Made by a program: the position numbers and the translations under genes
Shown here: piece by piece, positions 51,901-62,800 of the stretch
Layout of the letters: each line of letters starts with the position of its first letter
Numbering within the stretch: position 1 is the first letter of the stretch
Notes under the pieces: model-generated
Told to the model about the DNA's origin: nothing
Databases searched by the model: none
What the model saw: only the letters and a program-made list of their open reading frames with translations
Assembly (NCBI GenBank): GCA_002633005.1
Contig: NMRA01000220.1
Location: forward strand, 511,337-575,336
Source: Phoronis australis
Lineage: Eukaryota > Animalia > Phoronida
Reading direction: 5' to 3'
Length of the DNA: 64,000 nucleotides

Positions 51901-54900
51901 GGAGATGTTTCATGGCCTCGTACTTGGTATGAACGCCGTACTATTCATTTTTTACTGCCGCGAGCCACTTTCGAAGCATTTTGGGCTCTCGAGAAAATGG
52001 AAAAAAACGATGTGCCCACTTTCATCGCAGTTTCATAGTTCAAACAAGCGGGAAAGACACACCACACCATGGCGGCACTCACTCTGCAGATGAACCACTG
52101 ACGTCGCTGAGAAGTTTGTCACCTTCCTCACCGGTTAACGCGACACCTCCCGGCAAGGTAAGATCGACCGTGTACGAGCCGATGTGGCCACAGACCGATT
52201 AAGAATGTAAAGAAGACTCATTAAATCGGGTGGCATTGTCCTTGAAATGTTTTAAGAACATATAAAATCTTAAAGAACTGTCTGTTTAAGACACCTGCCG
52301 GTAAGAGAGACACCTTCGCCAGTTCACAAGCAGCTACGCACGAATTCATTAATTGAGCATAAATGTTTATCTGTAAAATATGTTTTGTACATATATACAC
52401 TGTATGGGCATGGGCCTAGTTAAATGTTCGCCATATGGGACATTGAAAAGCTTTACCATGTACAATAACTCGTAGCGCAGTTAGTGATCCTGTCAAGTGA
52501 CGTGTGCCAGACCTGTCACTATGCTAACTACAATGTCCTTTGTGTGACTTACTCATTCTTCACAGTAACTACCATTCCAAGGCTATTTAGATCGTCCCAA
52601 ATGGATTTGTACACTGCGGGTGAAATCAAAATGGAGGTTGGTCGCGACAGGTGAGCTGGAGTCCAGAAGTCAATCTACACGTACATAATATGAACAAGTT
52701 AGTCCGAAGTCGTAAATATGAGAGTTTTATCCACGAATACGCACATTCTTCTAGGCCGGAAATAGTCATTTACTGGAGATTACGCCTAGGAAAATAAACG
52801 GTGCATTCACATTTATGGTTGATGAAAAGTTCAGGCTTCCCAAAAACGCAATGGTAGCATCGATTGTGGGAACTGATCCGAATTAAACGATAATTCCATG
52901 CGTACCCTAAAATGTTTTGTTCGTTGTCGTCTTCTTGGGTTTCGTTTGTAATGGGAAATAAACAGAAATTCGCCATTTGTCTGTATTTGCTGTTACATGT
53001 TTCAACAGCAATCGTTATTCCGAAATACATGTAACAGTTTTCAAGTAAAACATATTAGCGCCATTAGTAGAAATAATACAGCAATCAGCAGTATTTGCCT
53101 AAAATAACGCATCGGCTTCTGTGCAGTATTACTTTGATCTATGTGGACAGTAATAAAATAAAACTGGAAATTGAAGAGTGTGTGCCAACCCACATTACTT
53201 TTAAAAAATCTGAGATCAAAGGAATTTCAATGTCACGTAGTTGAACATGGGCGCACCCAGCCTAAAAAATAGGTGAGCTCGATTTTCGAAATGCGACTCT
53301 TTTACTAAGATTCATTGGGTACGTTCAGAGCTATAAATTATGCTTCGCTAAACGTTAGTAGGTCTTGCCTTTTTAGTGGACTTTTGACTCGTTTTCCACT
53401 TTCTTCGGATTTTTTTTTTTCAGAGATGGATCTTTTTGCCCACTTCGCCAAGTGGGGGGGGGGGGGGNNNNNGGAGTTCGTTCTAGCCTGGATGCGTGCA
53501 TGTTCAACAGGGAGGTCGACGGTAATAGAACAACATCTGAAGACTTCTCTTCAACTCAGTATTTTACGTATGCTTCGATATCTCTTATGATTAAGTCAGA
53601 TTCAATTGAAAGTTACCGCACCATAGGTGCCATTGATTCTACGATGTCCGTTATTGTATATTTCAGTGATGCAGTTCCTACTATGGAGTGACTTACCCCA
53701 GGCAGTCCTTCAAGCTGCCTCAAAGCTTGCTGTTGCTTTTCGGTTGTCGGGGTCACCTCAATCAGTTTGTATCTACAGAAATAGTTTTAAGTCAGGTACA
53801 AGTTCAAAACAAAGATGTGGAAATATGTAATTCATTTGCCATGCCAGATATGTGTTTGACTTTTAAGCGATAATGCCGCAATGCAAAATACTAAAAACAC
53901 AGGTAGCAACAAAATGAAAATATTATTTCTCATAGCATCAACATAAAAACTTAAATAATGGTATTAATAACAGTAGTAATACTAACAATAACAATAAAAA
54001 TAACAATAATAACAACAAAAGAATAATAGTAAAGATTAAAAATATTCGATAGATCGGGAAATACCACTAAAAGCATACGGGCATTTAATACAAAGATAAC
54101 ACAAAGCAAAAATGCTGTTCTCACTGTGGAATTAAACGTGTCGGTATTTTTGCACTGAACAAAGTTAATGATCCGACTTAGAACTGTTGACTTCATACTG
54201 TATTTAACGGTCTCAAACAGGGAAACGCTATTCCCAAGTGTATTTAGATTGAATCTATACTCGTTAAATTAATATCTTCTATTGCAAACATCCGCTGTGC
54301 CAGGATGCTCATGGTATTCAAAACTCATTCATGCAGAGCCGTTGGTGATTAAATTTTGGTTATAATTCAAAAAGGCCAGGCCCGACATTTTTGAATTATT
54401 AACAACTGCTTACACAGTAGTACAGTAGGCCTATTGTACTGAAAGAGACATTCTCGGTGCGAAAAATAGTTTTATCTAAATTAGTAGCGCGGATTTGAAC
54501 CCACTGACTGCAGTAGCATCCGATGGGGTTGTTTTTCGTTAGCGCATTAGAAGAACGATTCCTGAGCCAATGAACATTTACATTTACAAGATGATATCAT
54601 GAATTTAGAGAATGGGTTGTTTACTGTACAATAATAATAACTACGGCATCTTCACCCTATTATTTGTGCGGCGTGAACTTGATTCACACTCAAGCATCAG
54701 TCGCGTGCAATGGAATCCGCTGCTGTTGCTGTCTTAGAAATGATGGCCAAACACGAACTCACTGACTGAGTGGGGCTGACCATGATGTGATAACACGACG
54801 GTTTCAGTGATAAAGCACCACAGAGAACTACGAATGATTTCAATCTGTTTAGTATGAATTCCCTTTCTTGCAACAATCACAAAAATCCGATGCCCCGAAA

Positions 54901-56816
54901 AATTCAACCGGTTCACATGGATGAATTAAGAATTCATTCATTACGTCTGTTTGAAAGTTCCTTACTGTTGGATTTTGTGGTTAGGGACTTATTTGGTCCA
55001 TTGCAGCCGGGATATATATACATGTAGTATTAATATCGAATATCAACATCAGAATCTCAGTCTGATTATTTCAAAATCTTAGAACTGGATCGTTGCAAAC
55101 TGCCTTGAACTCTAATGAAGGCCAGACAAATGACATGTTGCACACATTTAGTGAGTTATAAACTCGTTAGTCAGTACAAGACCTAGCGTAACGAGCTAAC
55201 TTTTAAAACCCGAACGCGTTGACTACTAATAGGCTTGGCATTCCATAGCTTAACGGTCTATTGCTGGGCTGCAGTGGAATCCCACACATTGGCACCATAT
55301 TTAAATGTTAGTCAGCTGCAATGATTCCAGTGTATGTTTGGCAAACATTGTCGAGAATTCGTGATTTGTAATAAAAATCACAAAAACAACGGATTTAGTT
55401 ATTTCATAGCCACGGTCAAAGCTATTAACTCCAAGAATCTATCCAATCCAACATTGTTCTAAAATTCGTATTTCGACCTTAAACCGATAATATACCTTTA
55501 AAAAGAATTCATTTGTTTGACATTTCTCAATATATTCATCCAGAAGCTTATTTTGAGTATTGTCATATAAAAAGATTCCAATTCTGAATAGCCGTCTTTT
55601 TTCTCCTATATCCTCATGAACTACATCGCATAATGCAAACGAAAATTGCGTCATATTTTAAAACAATAATATACAAGTACGTGATTACTGCTACAGTTAT
55701 TCCCTTTTTTGTACATTTATTGGCAATGAGAAAAACATTACAATACCACAAAAAGACAAAGAACACCAAAGACACGCACACACACACACGCGCGCATACC
55801 CCACAACTAATCCTCTTGGCTGCTAAGAAAAACCGTTTCAAAGTTACACCATCTTTTTGTATAAATTCTAAATTCAAATCCTTACGAGCATCATACTTTT
55901 CACTCATATAATAATCTTTGATAAAGTTAAAAAATCTACTTAGAAGTAATCTTTTTGATCCAAACTTTTGGGTATAAATAAACTGTTTACCCAATAGTAA
56001 AACAATGTTTTTAAAATTTTCTTTTTTATCAAAAAAGCTCAAAATAACGTTGTTGCAAGAGAGTGTGCCGATACACTGGGGATTTGCTTTGTTTAGAATT
56101 TCGTTATTAACTTTTGTTTAAGCAATTACACAATACTTACTCGTTGTTTTGCAGTATCATCTATCACTATTCTTCCACCTGTCGTATGTGCCTTAAACTT
56201 GTATTTTATGTTCTTAAAATATTATCCCGTCTTTATACAATTGTAAAAACTTCGATTAGAAACATTACCGCTTTGAAGGCTGAAAAACATATTTTGTGAT
56301 TATTGATGGATGGAACAGACTTCTTGAAGTTGTTATTGATGGATGGGATAGTTTTCTTGTAGTTGTTAGCTTTATAAGAGTTATGCAACAAAAAAAATTA
56401 AAGTGTGTTGTGATTTTGAGATTTTTGCAAATCGCTAATTCTGACCAATGTGTCACGGCAATTCGCTGAAATCAAGGCCACTGACTTTACCAGTGAAATA
56501 CGCTTAAAACATTTCGCAATTCGTTCACCAGAAGAGCGTTTGTTTGCTACCGTAGACGAACCTGATTCGAATCAGTGCTGAGACTGATTTCAAAATTCAT
56601 TTTTCTCACCGATAACACACTTTAATGTTTACTGTAAAAAACATTGTTTGCTCCCTTGAAATTCAATTAACACAATTTTGAAAACTGTTACAAAATACGC
56701 GTAAACGTAAAGTCAATGAGTGATGTGACAAAAACTTACCCAGAATAACTTCTCCTTCGAGGGGTGCGGGATGAACCCGCTACTGCCATAAACACACAAA
56801 ATAAAACAACTCGCAT
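39988..56816 (-). CDS. M14A zinc metallocarboxypeptidase preproenzyme (CPA/CPB-like), copy C (older paralog), 10 exons, 428 aa
   Basis: Exons in transcript order: 56740-56816, 53697-53772, 52553-52674, 49813-49924, 48955-49056, 47337-47558, 45752-45848, 44872-45077, 40397-40481, 39988-40175 (1287 nt, open frame). All introns are GT-AG with the same phases as A and B. Motifs: signal peptide [68 protein letters not shown]. Confidence 0.93.
42964..43137 (+). mobile_element. Decayed THAP-domain coding remnant of a DNA transposon in intron 8 of copy C
   Basis: With two frameshifts it reads MARFCVYGGCDN...FFHFP/RDIREAHVWQMFVQETR.../ANVCHTH. This is the C-x4-C ... FP ... W ... C-x2-H THAP pattern. 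Element ends were not found. Confidence 0.6.
50442..52242. mobile_element. Kolobok-type DNA transposon deletion derivative (family 2, copy 2) in intron 3 of copy C
   Basis: TIRs AGGAGAATGCCACCC / GGGTGGCATTGTCCT. TGAA is duplicated at 50438-50441 and 52243-52246. The plus strand from 51563 reads MATRNSDLEEYSSDED...GYQFEPEY.../NRLNDLSWCQCANCTIMETNDACVCCHE (KolX/P2X7-C-terminal-like). The minus strand from ~52070 reads MVWCVFPACLN...FFHF/REPKMLRKWLAAV...LRVCGRHF (THAP). Confidence 0.88.
53246..53502. mobile_element. Small hAT-like MITE containing an assembly gap
   Basis: Termini CATGGGCGCACCCAG / CTGGATGCGTGCATG with a subterminal poly-G. An N-run lies at 53468-53472. Confidence 0.5.
55700..56090 (-). 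mobile_element. 3'-end fragment of an L1/Tx1-like LINE in intron 1 of copy C
   Basis: NIVLLLGKQFIYTQKF...LSRFFNFIKDYYMSEKYDA...FIQK resembles the extreme C-terminus of invertebrate Tx1/L1 ORF2. It is followed by a (GT)n- and T-rich 3' region. Confidence 0.6.
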
Positions 56817-56858
56817 TGTAAAACGAAAGGTCAAATTGTTGGAAATTCGATGTCCTAA

Positions 56859-56963
56859 CTTATATAGTAGCCCAACGCATTTGATGGCCGTGACGTCTCT
56901 AATGGGATTACTTATTTCAATCACGTCGTAAGTGGGAACCCAGCGTGCAGAAATAAGATAAGA
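56859..56963 (-). promoter_or_regulatory. Core promoter of carboxypeptidase C copy: TATA box and GATA site
   Basis: TATATAAG (minus) at 56859-56866, about 45 nt upstream of the ATG as in A and B. AGATAAG at 56956-56962. Confidence 0.5.
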
Positions 56964-58717
56964 ATTTCGGTTGCTCTTAAACTTCTCGTCATGAAGAAAA
57001 ATTAGCTTGACCTTTAACAATCACGGAAAATATAAATAGCTCCCGGAGTTTCTGGCTACGTACAAGATCTGCGTGTACGTCAACACGTACATATACGGCC
57101 GAAAACATGGGGTATTCAATAAGTTTTGTAATAAAGGACATCCATCGTTAACATGAAATACATAACCCACAGGGAACACCTCCTCCGTTTGAGAACATTT
57201 GGTTGGACCTCAATTTGAGTCACGTTCGGCATTAGGTTATAGGTGTGTTTGGCCGCATGAATCTTGTCAACAAAAGTGCAATGCTCAGGTCACTCCATCT
57301 ATCCTCAGTCTAGTGTCCCGCCTAAAACATCTTTAGGATGTTTTGAAAATGCGACAACGTGAACCTCATGACATGAAACACAGGGTGGTAATACTCGTCA
57401 TTTTCATGCATTTGCCTATCCTAACAATGCTTTCAGCTATGGAATGAGGGCACATTGAATTGTAAGTTGAGTTATGTTCAGTTTATTTCTGCAATTAAAT
57501 AAATAAATACCATACACAAATAAAGGTTGCATTATTTGCAAAATGTACTATAAAGCTATGGATTTTATTAACTGACCAAGCTCGATCGATTGTTGTGTGA
57601 CGTCACAGCGAGAGGTTGTTGTCCCTGAAAGAAAGTTTATGCAGTTGGAAAGGATGGGGTCAATTCAACTGATGTTAGGTTAGCATGGAAAAAGACCCTT
57701 TAACAGTTGTAAATAAATTAGTAAAATTCAACGAGATTCAATTTGAGGAATTTTTGATATCATATTCTTTTTTGACGAAATTGAAAATTAAGTTCAAGGA
57801 ACACTATGGCATTACCTCCGAAAACGCATTTTGATTCAATGCTGGATAGGATCTCCTTCACGAAGTTACTACCTGTGGTCAAAACAATCAATCTACAAAA
57901 TCTGTTGTGTTTTTGATTTTATTACAAATCACCAATTATCATCTCGACATTAACTAAAATCAAGGCCGGTAACTCTATCAGTTAAGTACACATGTGCGCT
58001 AAGGTGGTACTGAACAGTTGAAAATCTAGGGGTAGGCCCGGATTGGGGGCATTTATTGTGAAGGGTTTGCAGGTAGGAAAAAGTGAATGTGGTTTGTTTG
58101 TATTTGTGGACATGTTGAAAACGAAAAATGATCACTTGCTCGGCTGTAGCTGCAATCTTGTCCCCCTGCTGCAATTGTGCATTGCTGGATAGCGATTGAG
58201 AAATTGGGTGCGATTTCAGGTAATCCTCAAACAAGCCAGATTTGCAAAAAAGAGTTGGTTGACAGTACTTTTGGATCATATTTTTGGAATTGGTAAGGAA
58301 TTTTCTTTCAGAATCTAATGTTGCCTTTAGGCGAGCATTGGCAGGGATGTGGTGATATTGGGCTGAAAAGTGCCGATTTTGCGTTTTATGTCCCTTTTTG
58401 ATAGTATACCTTGATTTTCAGAAGAAGTGAAAGGGTCAAAAATACAAGAGAGCATAAAGCTTCTGTGAAGCTTCTGTGATCATCAGTAGAGCTTGTGATT
58501 TGAAACTATAGAGAGAAGAAAGGGTGACGAGTCCATTGACGTGTGTCTTGATTGGCAAACCCCTGTGAGAATTGTTTTGTGCCCCCTTACGCTTAAATAT
58601 CCTGCTCGATTAAACTACCGGACAAAGTTTTTGGCTTCGATCGCGAGGCTGCAGGTTCGCTTTAAGGCTGATCTCAGAAAATTAATTTTCTTAATGAAAG
58701 CGCTCCGAGGAGCGAAA

Positions 58718-59190
58718 CTTGGCGAAATTAACCAAAAAGATGACGATAAAGATAATGACGAATATGACGACGATGGTGGCGAGGATGAACAAAAGAAGTA
58801 ATAATAACATACACATGACGAACGTAGAAGTCCGAAATCAGTAAGAAAAAGGCTACAGTCTTGTGCGACACTTGGCGAAATTAACGGAAAAGACAACGAC
58901 GGAGAAGATGACGAAGATGATGACGATGATGACGAATATGATGATGGTGGTGGCGATGATGTACAAAATTAGTAATAACATACACATGATGAAGTAGAAG
59001 TTCGAAATCAGTAAGACAAAGGCAACAATCTTGAGCGACACTTGGCGAAATTAATGGAAAAGACAACGACGGAGATGATGACGAAGATGATGACGAATAT
59101 GATGATGGTGGTGGCGATGATGAAAAACATCACAACATTCATATGACGAAGTTAGATGTCATAAATCAATAAGAAATAGGCTACAGTCTA
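58718..59190. repeat. Three tandem ~150-170-bp units containing (GAT/GAC)n microsatellite
   Basis: Units begin CTTGGCGAAATTAA at 58718, 58871 and 59041. They share ...GAAATCAGTAAGA.AAAGGC.ACA.TCTTG.GCGACA, more degenerate in the third unit. Confidence 0.85.
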
Positions 59191-59254
59191 GTTCAATAGA
59201 AGATAAACCAACATCAATGCAGCAAGAGCGCTCAACAAAGGAACAGCGTTATCA

Positions 59255-60123
59255 GAAAATCTCAAATAACTCGAAAAGTAGACGTCCTAGCGAAAAATGG
59301 AAAACATCTTCTGAAAGCCCGTTCAAAATTCTATCTAAACTGATGGTATCGCCTTATTCCCTTAAATTTTTTGAAAAAAATGAAAATTTGCGTTTTTTTT
59401 TAAGAAATTCAAAGTCAAATAACTCGAAAACGGTAAGACTGAGAAAAAATTGTTACAGACCATTTGAAAGAATATACTTCAAAGAATCCACATGCAAAAA
59501 ATCACGTCTTTTTCTCTTCCCGTTTAAAATCGCACTCCAGCACGACTGAAAATGGGTCAACATCCGCCAGATCCGCCATCTTGAAAGCAACTTCCGGTTT
59601 TTTGGCATTGTATAATAGCATGTCATAAGAAACTAACACCTATAAAATTCGAAGGAATTGGTCTGATAATGCGCCCTCTACAGGAGAAAACGTTTTTAGG
59701 CCAAAATCGAGGTGCGCATGCGCGATCGCCGATATTTCCGCCATCTTTAACCGGAAGTAAACAGTTTCCAGTATACTTGTAGCAAACTTCCTGTCCATTT
59801 ACTGTGCCGATTCTTAGCCTTTTACGTAAAAAATTGTAGCCTCCAGAAGCATTTGAACCTTTAAATGAAAACAAAATGGCCGCCACAGCCGCCATCTTGG
59901 ATCCGATTTTGACGAAAAACAATAGGCTTCCAGTACTTCCGGAAGTACGTGTGATGTGTAAATTTCGTGATGATCGGACGAAAATTGCGACCTGTATCGT
60001 GCGAACAAACAAAAAAAAACAAACTTAGTGGAAGAGCAACATACTTGGCGAAATTTATTTCGCCAAGTAAAAAAAAACTTAGTGGAAGAGCAACATACTT
60101 GGCGAAATTTATTTCGCCAAGTA
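59255..60123 (+). mobile_element. Helentron-associated (HINE-like) non-autonomous element with a duplicated 3' hairpin end
   Basis: Internal subrepeats (CAAATAACTCGAAAA; CCGCCATCTT x3) and an (ACAA)/A tract. The hairpin TACTTGGCGAAAT-TT-ATTTCGCCAAGTA at 60042-60069 is repeated 54 bp later at 60096-60123. The left boundary is approximate. Confidence 0.55.
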
Positions 60124-60489
60124 ACAATAATGTCAAAAACACTACTGTACAGTGATGATCGTCATTTGCTGAGCACAAAATGGGCACTACTGTGGAATTC
60201 CAAAAGAACCCATCAATTTTTCTGATGTGATCTTTCTTCCACATTACCTGTGCGGGATCTTAGGATAGAAAGTGGTGGAAACTTGCATTGCTTATTTCAG
60301 CACCCGTCAATATATCAAAGCTGTGAGATATTGTGACTGCATTTGAAATTAGAAAATTCAGCTTAGTCAGAGACTGCGATCTTACGATCTATACTTTGAG
60401 TCCGCTTTCCAAGTAAAATATGAAATCAAATCAGATAACGTTTATTAGATATTGCTAGTTCCTGTTTTAGATATTGATAGTTCCATTGT

Positions 60490-60975
60490 AATTATAAACC
60501 CTTTATTTAACAAGAGCAATATTGTTTGTAAGGTTGAAAGTGACAACTGTAAGAAATTCTATATCGCACTCACACAGAGACGCCTCTGTGACAGGCTGAA
60601 AGAACATCACACCTCAGCGAAAAGCATTATATAGGAATAATGTTAGCAAAAATCACCAACCCAATTCAGTTAGTGTTATTTGCAGAGAACCTAATATGTA
60701 ATTAATGTACATTAAAGTGTCATTTGCCATTCAGAACCAGCATGCTACTGATTCTCTGAACAACATGCAGAGCTCAGTGACCCTGCAACTATGGCAATGA
60801 CCAGCTACTGACTACATTCCCTGTACATTCACTTCACTTCATGGATGTTACCAGAGCTTGTTGTCCTTTGTAAATATGATCCTGATGATGTCTAATGAAT
60901 AGACGAAACGTTGATTGAACATAATGTTTTTATTTGTGCGGCGATCGTCCGGTTTTCAGGTTTTTGGTCAAGGCT
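60490..60975 (+). mobile_element. Penelope-like retroelement 3' remnant (GIY-YIG endonuclease end plus pseudo-LTR tail)
   Basis: NKSNIVCKVESDNCKKFYIALTQRRLCDRLKEH matches the decayed VVY..C..C...YIG.T.R.L..R.KEH GIY-YIG signature. It continues brokenly to LNNMQSSVTLQLWQ* (~60800) and is followed by a hammerhead-like motif. Confidence 0.8.
60876..60918 (+). ncRNA. Minimal type I hammerhead ribozyme motif in the Penelope tail
   Basis: Layout: (T)GATC-CTGATGA-T-GTCTA-ATGAA-TAGAC-GAAA-CGTT-GATT(G). It has the core boxes CUGAUGA (60882-60888) and GAAA (60905-60908), a 5-bp stem II, a palindromic AACGTT in place of stem III and a short stem I. Confidence 0.6.
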
Positions 60976-61883
60976 GCAACGGTTCCTATACTGTCACAAG
61001 GAGTCAAAGAAATAGAGGCCATGGACTTGGAATACCGCTCCGGTTAACTTTCACTTTATCAGCAGTTCAGTTACTACAAGAGTAGCTCGGCGAAGCTTCG
61101 GTTGGCAAGTCATCAACAAACTGGAGGCATCTTAATGGTACTCTAAAGATAATATTGGAAAAACATGAGATTTTACCACATTCCTCACACTTTTACAGTG
61201 CCAGAAATGCAAAACGATCCCGAAAGTGTTCCCATTGGGAGCTTCTGTGTCCTAGTTTCCGAAAGAGCCCCACCTAAACAATGCCTCTTTGAAACTCTTT
61301 CTGAAATCCAAGGACTTGTTTTGCACACTGGGTAAAATAAACTAAAATAAACAAAATTTTAGACAAATAAAAAGACAATGGAAGACACGGAGTTTAAATA
61401 ATTAAATATTTAAAAGGATGAAATTCAATGTTCCATTTCATACAAGTCGTTCTGTTACCGTACATGTACGTGGCCCTAATGAACTGCTGAAATCCTCGCT
61501 AACAGCACTTTCCGGCGAGAGAATATCTGCAAGTAGACATAGAGTATTTTGCAATGATTTCAATAGCATGCCTGTTGCCGATGCACCCAGTGGTGTATCC
61601 CCGGATTCACACCTACCCTGTACAAGTGCAGAAGTGAGCATACACATTAGGTCCTGTCATACTATGGTAGTTCTACCGCATTGCCGAGCCTTTAAGTGCA
61701 TGGGCCAATTTCCGAAATAATACCTTTTCGCGGCCTTTTTCCCCAAGTGGATCGCATATTGGCACATGCGCCTAAGTTTCGCTTATAAGCCCAGGTTATC
61801 TCTCCTCCATAAGCCCAATTAATCGCATATAGGGAGGATTGTTTTCTTTAAAAAATTGACCAATTCTTTTTATGAACATTTTT

Positions 61884-62044
61884 CCGTATTTCCGCGCCTT
61901 TGAGCCCATGGGCCTGTATCCGAAAGAATGCCTGTTTACGTGATCTTTTAATCCAAGTGGTTCGCATATTGGGGCAAGCGTCTAAGTTTCGCATTAAAGC
62001 GTAGTTTCGCAGACGACTATAGGCCTGGTGGCGCGGAAATACGG
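61884..62044. mobile_element. pogo/Tigger-like MITE
   Basis: TIRs CCGTATTTCCGCGCC / GGCGCGGAAATACGG, followed by TA. A related partial copy lies just upstream: CCAAGTGG.TCGCATATTGG..CTAAGTTTCGC occurs at 61743 and 61953. Confidence 0.65.
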
Positions 62045-62129
62045 TAGTAGGATCTCGAAAACATAGGAAAAGGACAAGTGGGAACCGACAGAGCCTTGTA
62101 CTGTCTTAGTAAGAATTCTGTGGACATCA

Positions 62130-62800
62130 AGTGTCGCATTTGAAATACGCTGTAGCACGCTGCGTCAACCCACACTCACTTTCATCGAAATGAGACGTCG
62201 CGAACGACGTGTACCGTAGTGTTGAAGATCCTGTTGACCCATTATTAAGAACACCACGCAATGGCAGGTGGAGCCGAATCCGAAAACGATTGGGAGGCCA
62301 ACGCAACACGCAAAGAACAAGCAGCATTTTGTGCAATCATGAGTTTGCCCACGGTTGCGTTTAAAGCAGCGGCAGTCCACGAACATCTGCGAAGTCTTTG
62401 GTATGTCTGGGGCGGAGTCAGTAGGCAGCTATTGCAGGGACGGTTTTCAAGCATCTGTTGAGCGCATTCTCCACTTGACTGTGTAAAAGATGGAAGGACC
62501 TTTGAAGAACCTTGTCTACAGTAACTTCTTGTAGTGCTAGAAACACCGACAAAGTATCCTAATGCTGTGACTGAAGTCAACGTTGTATGTCCAATAATGA
62601 AGCAAAGATCCATGTTTTGGAGTCTCCCAAGCTAGTGGATACTTGAGCTGTGAAGGTGAGCCTGCGGTCGAGTTGCACACCTATATGTAAGTGACACGTC
62701 TGATCAGATGTTACAATCCTCTTCCGATCATAGGTAGGACAAAGGAGATCATCGACACTGAAGCGATTGTGCAGAGTACAGAAGAGAGCTTCACACTTGT
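62130..62800 (+). mobile_element. Heavily decayed DDE transposase remnant (Mutator-like/Kolobok-related type)
   Basis: Fragments AAFCAIMSLP (~62320-62350) and CK*HV*SDVTI/IIGRTKEIIDTE/LCRV (~62686-62777) resemble the FCxxMxLP and GHxS..T..IIDxE..C..C segments of this transposase group. Many disruptions. Confidence 0.4.

Noticed and set aside
53454-53472. Poly-G runs (also 1-11 and 47803-47812) as G-quadruplex regulatory elements
   Set aside because: They are subterminal tracts of hAT-like MITEs, and one abuts an N gap, so their length is unreliable.
58541-59066. Acidic (D/E-rich) and His/Ile-rich ORFs
   Set aside because: They are translations of (GAT/GAC)n microsatellite within a tandem repeat, with stops in every unit.
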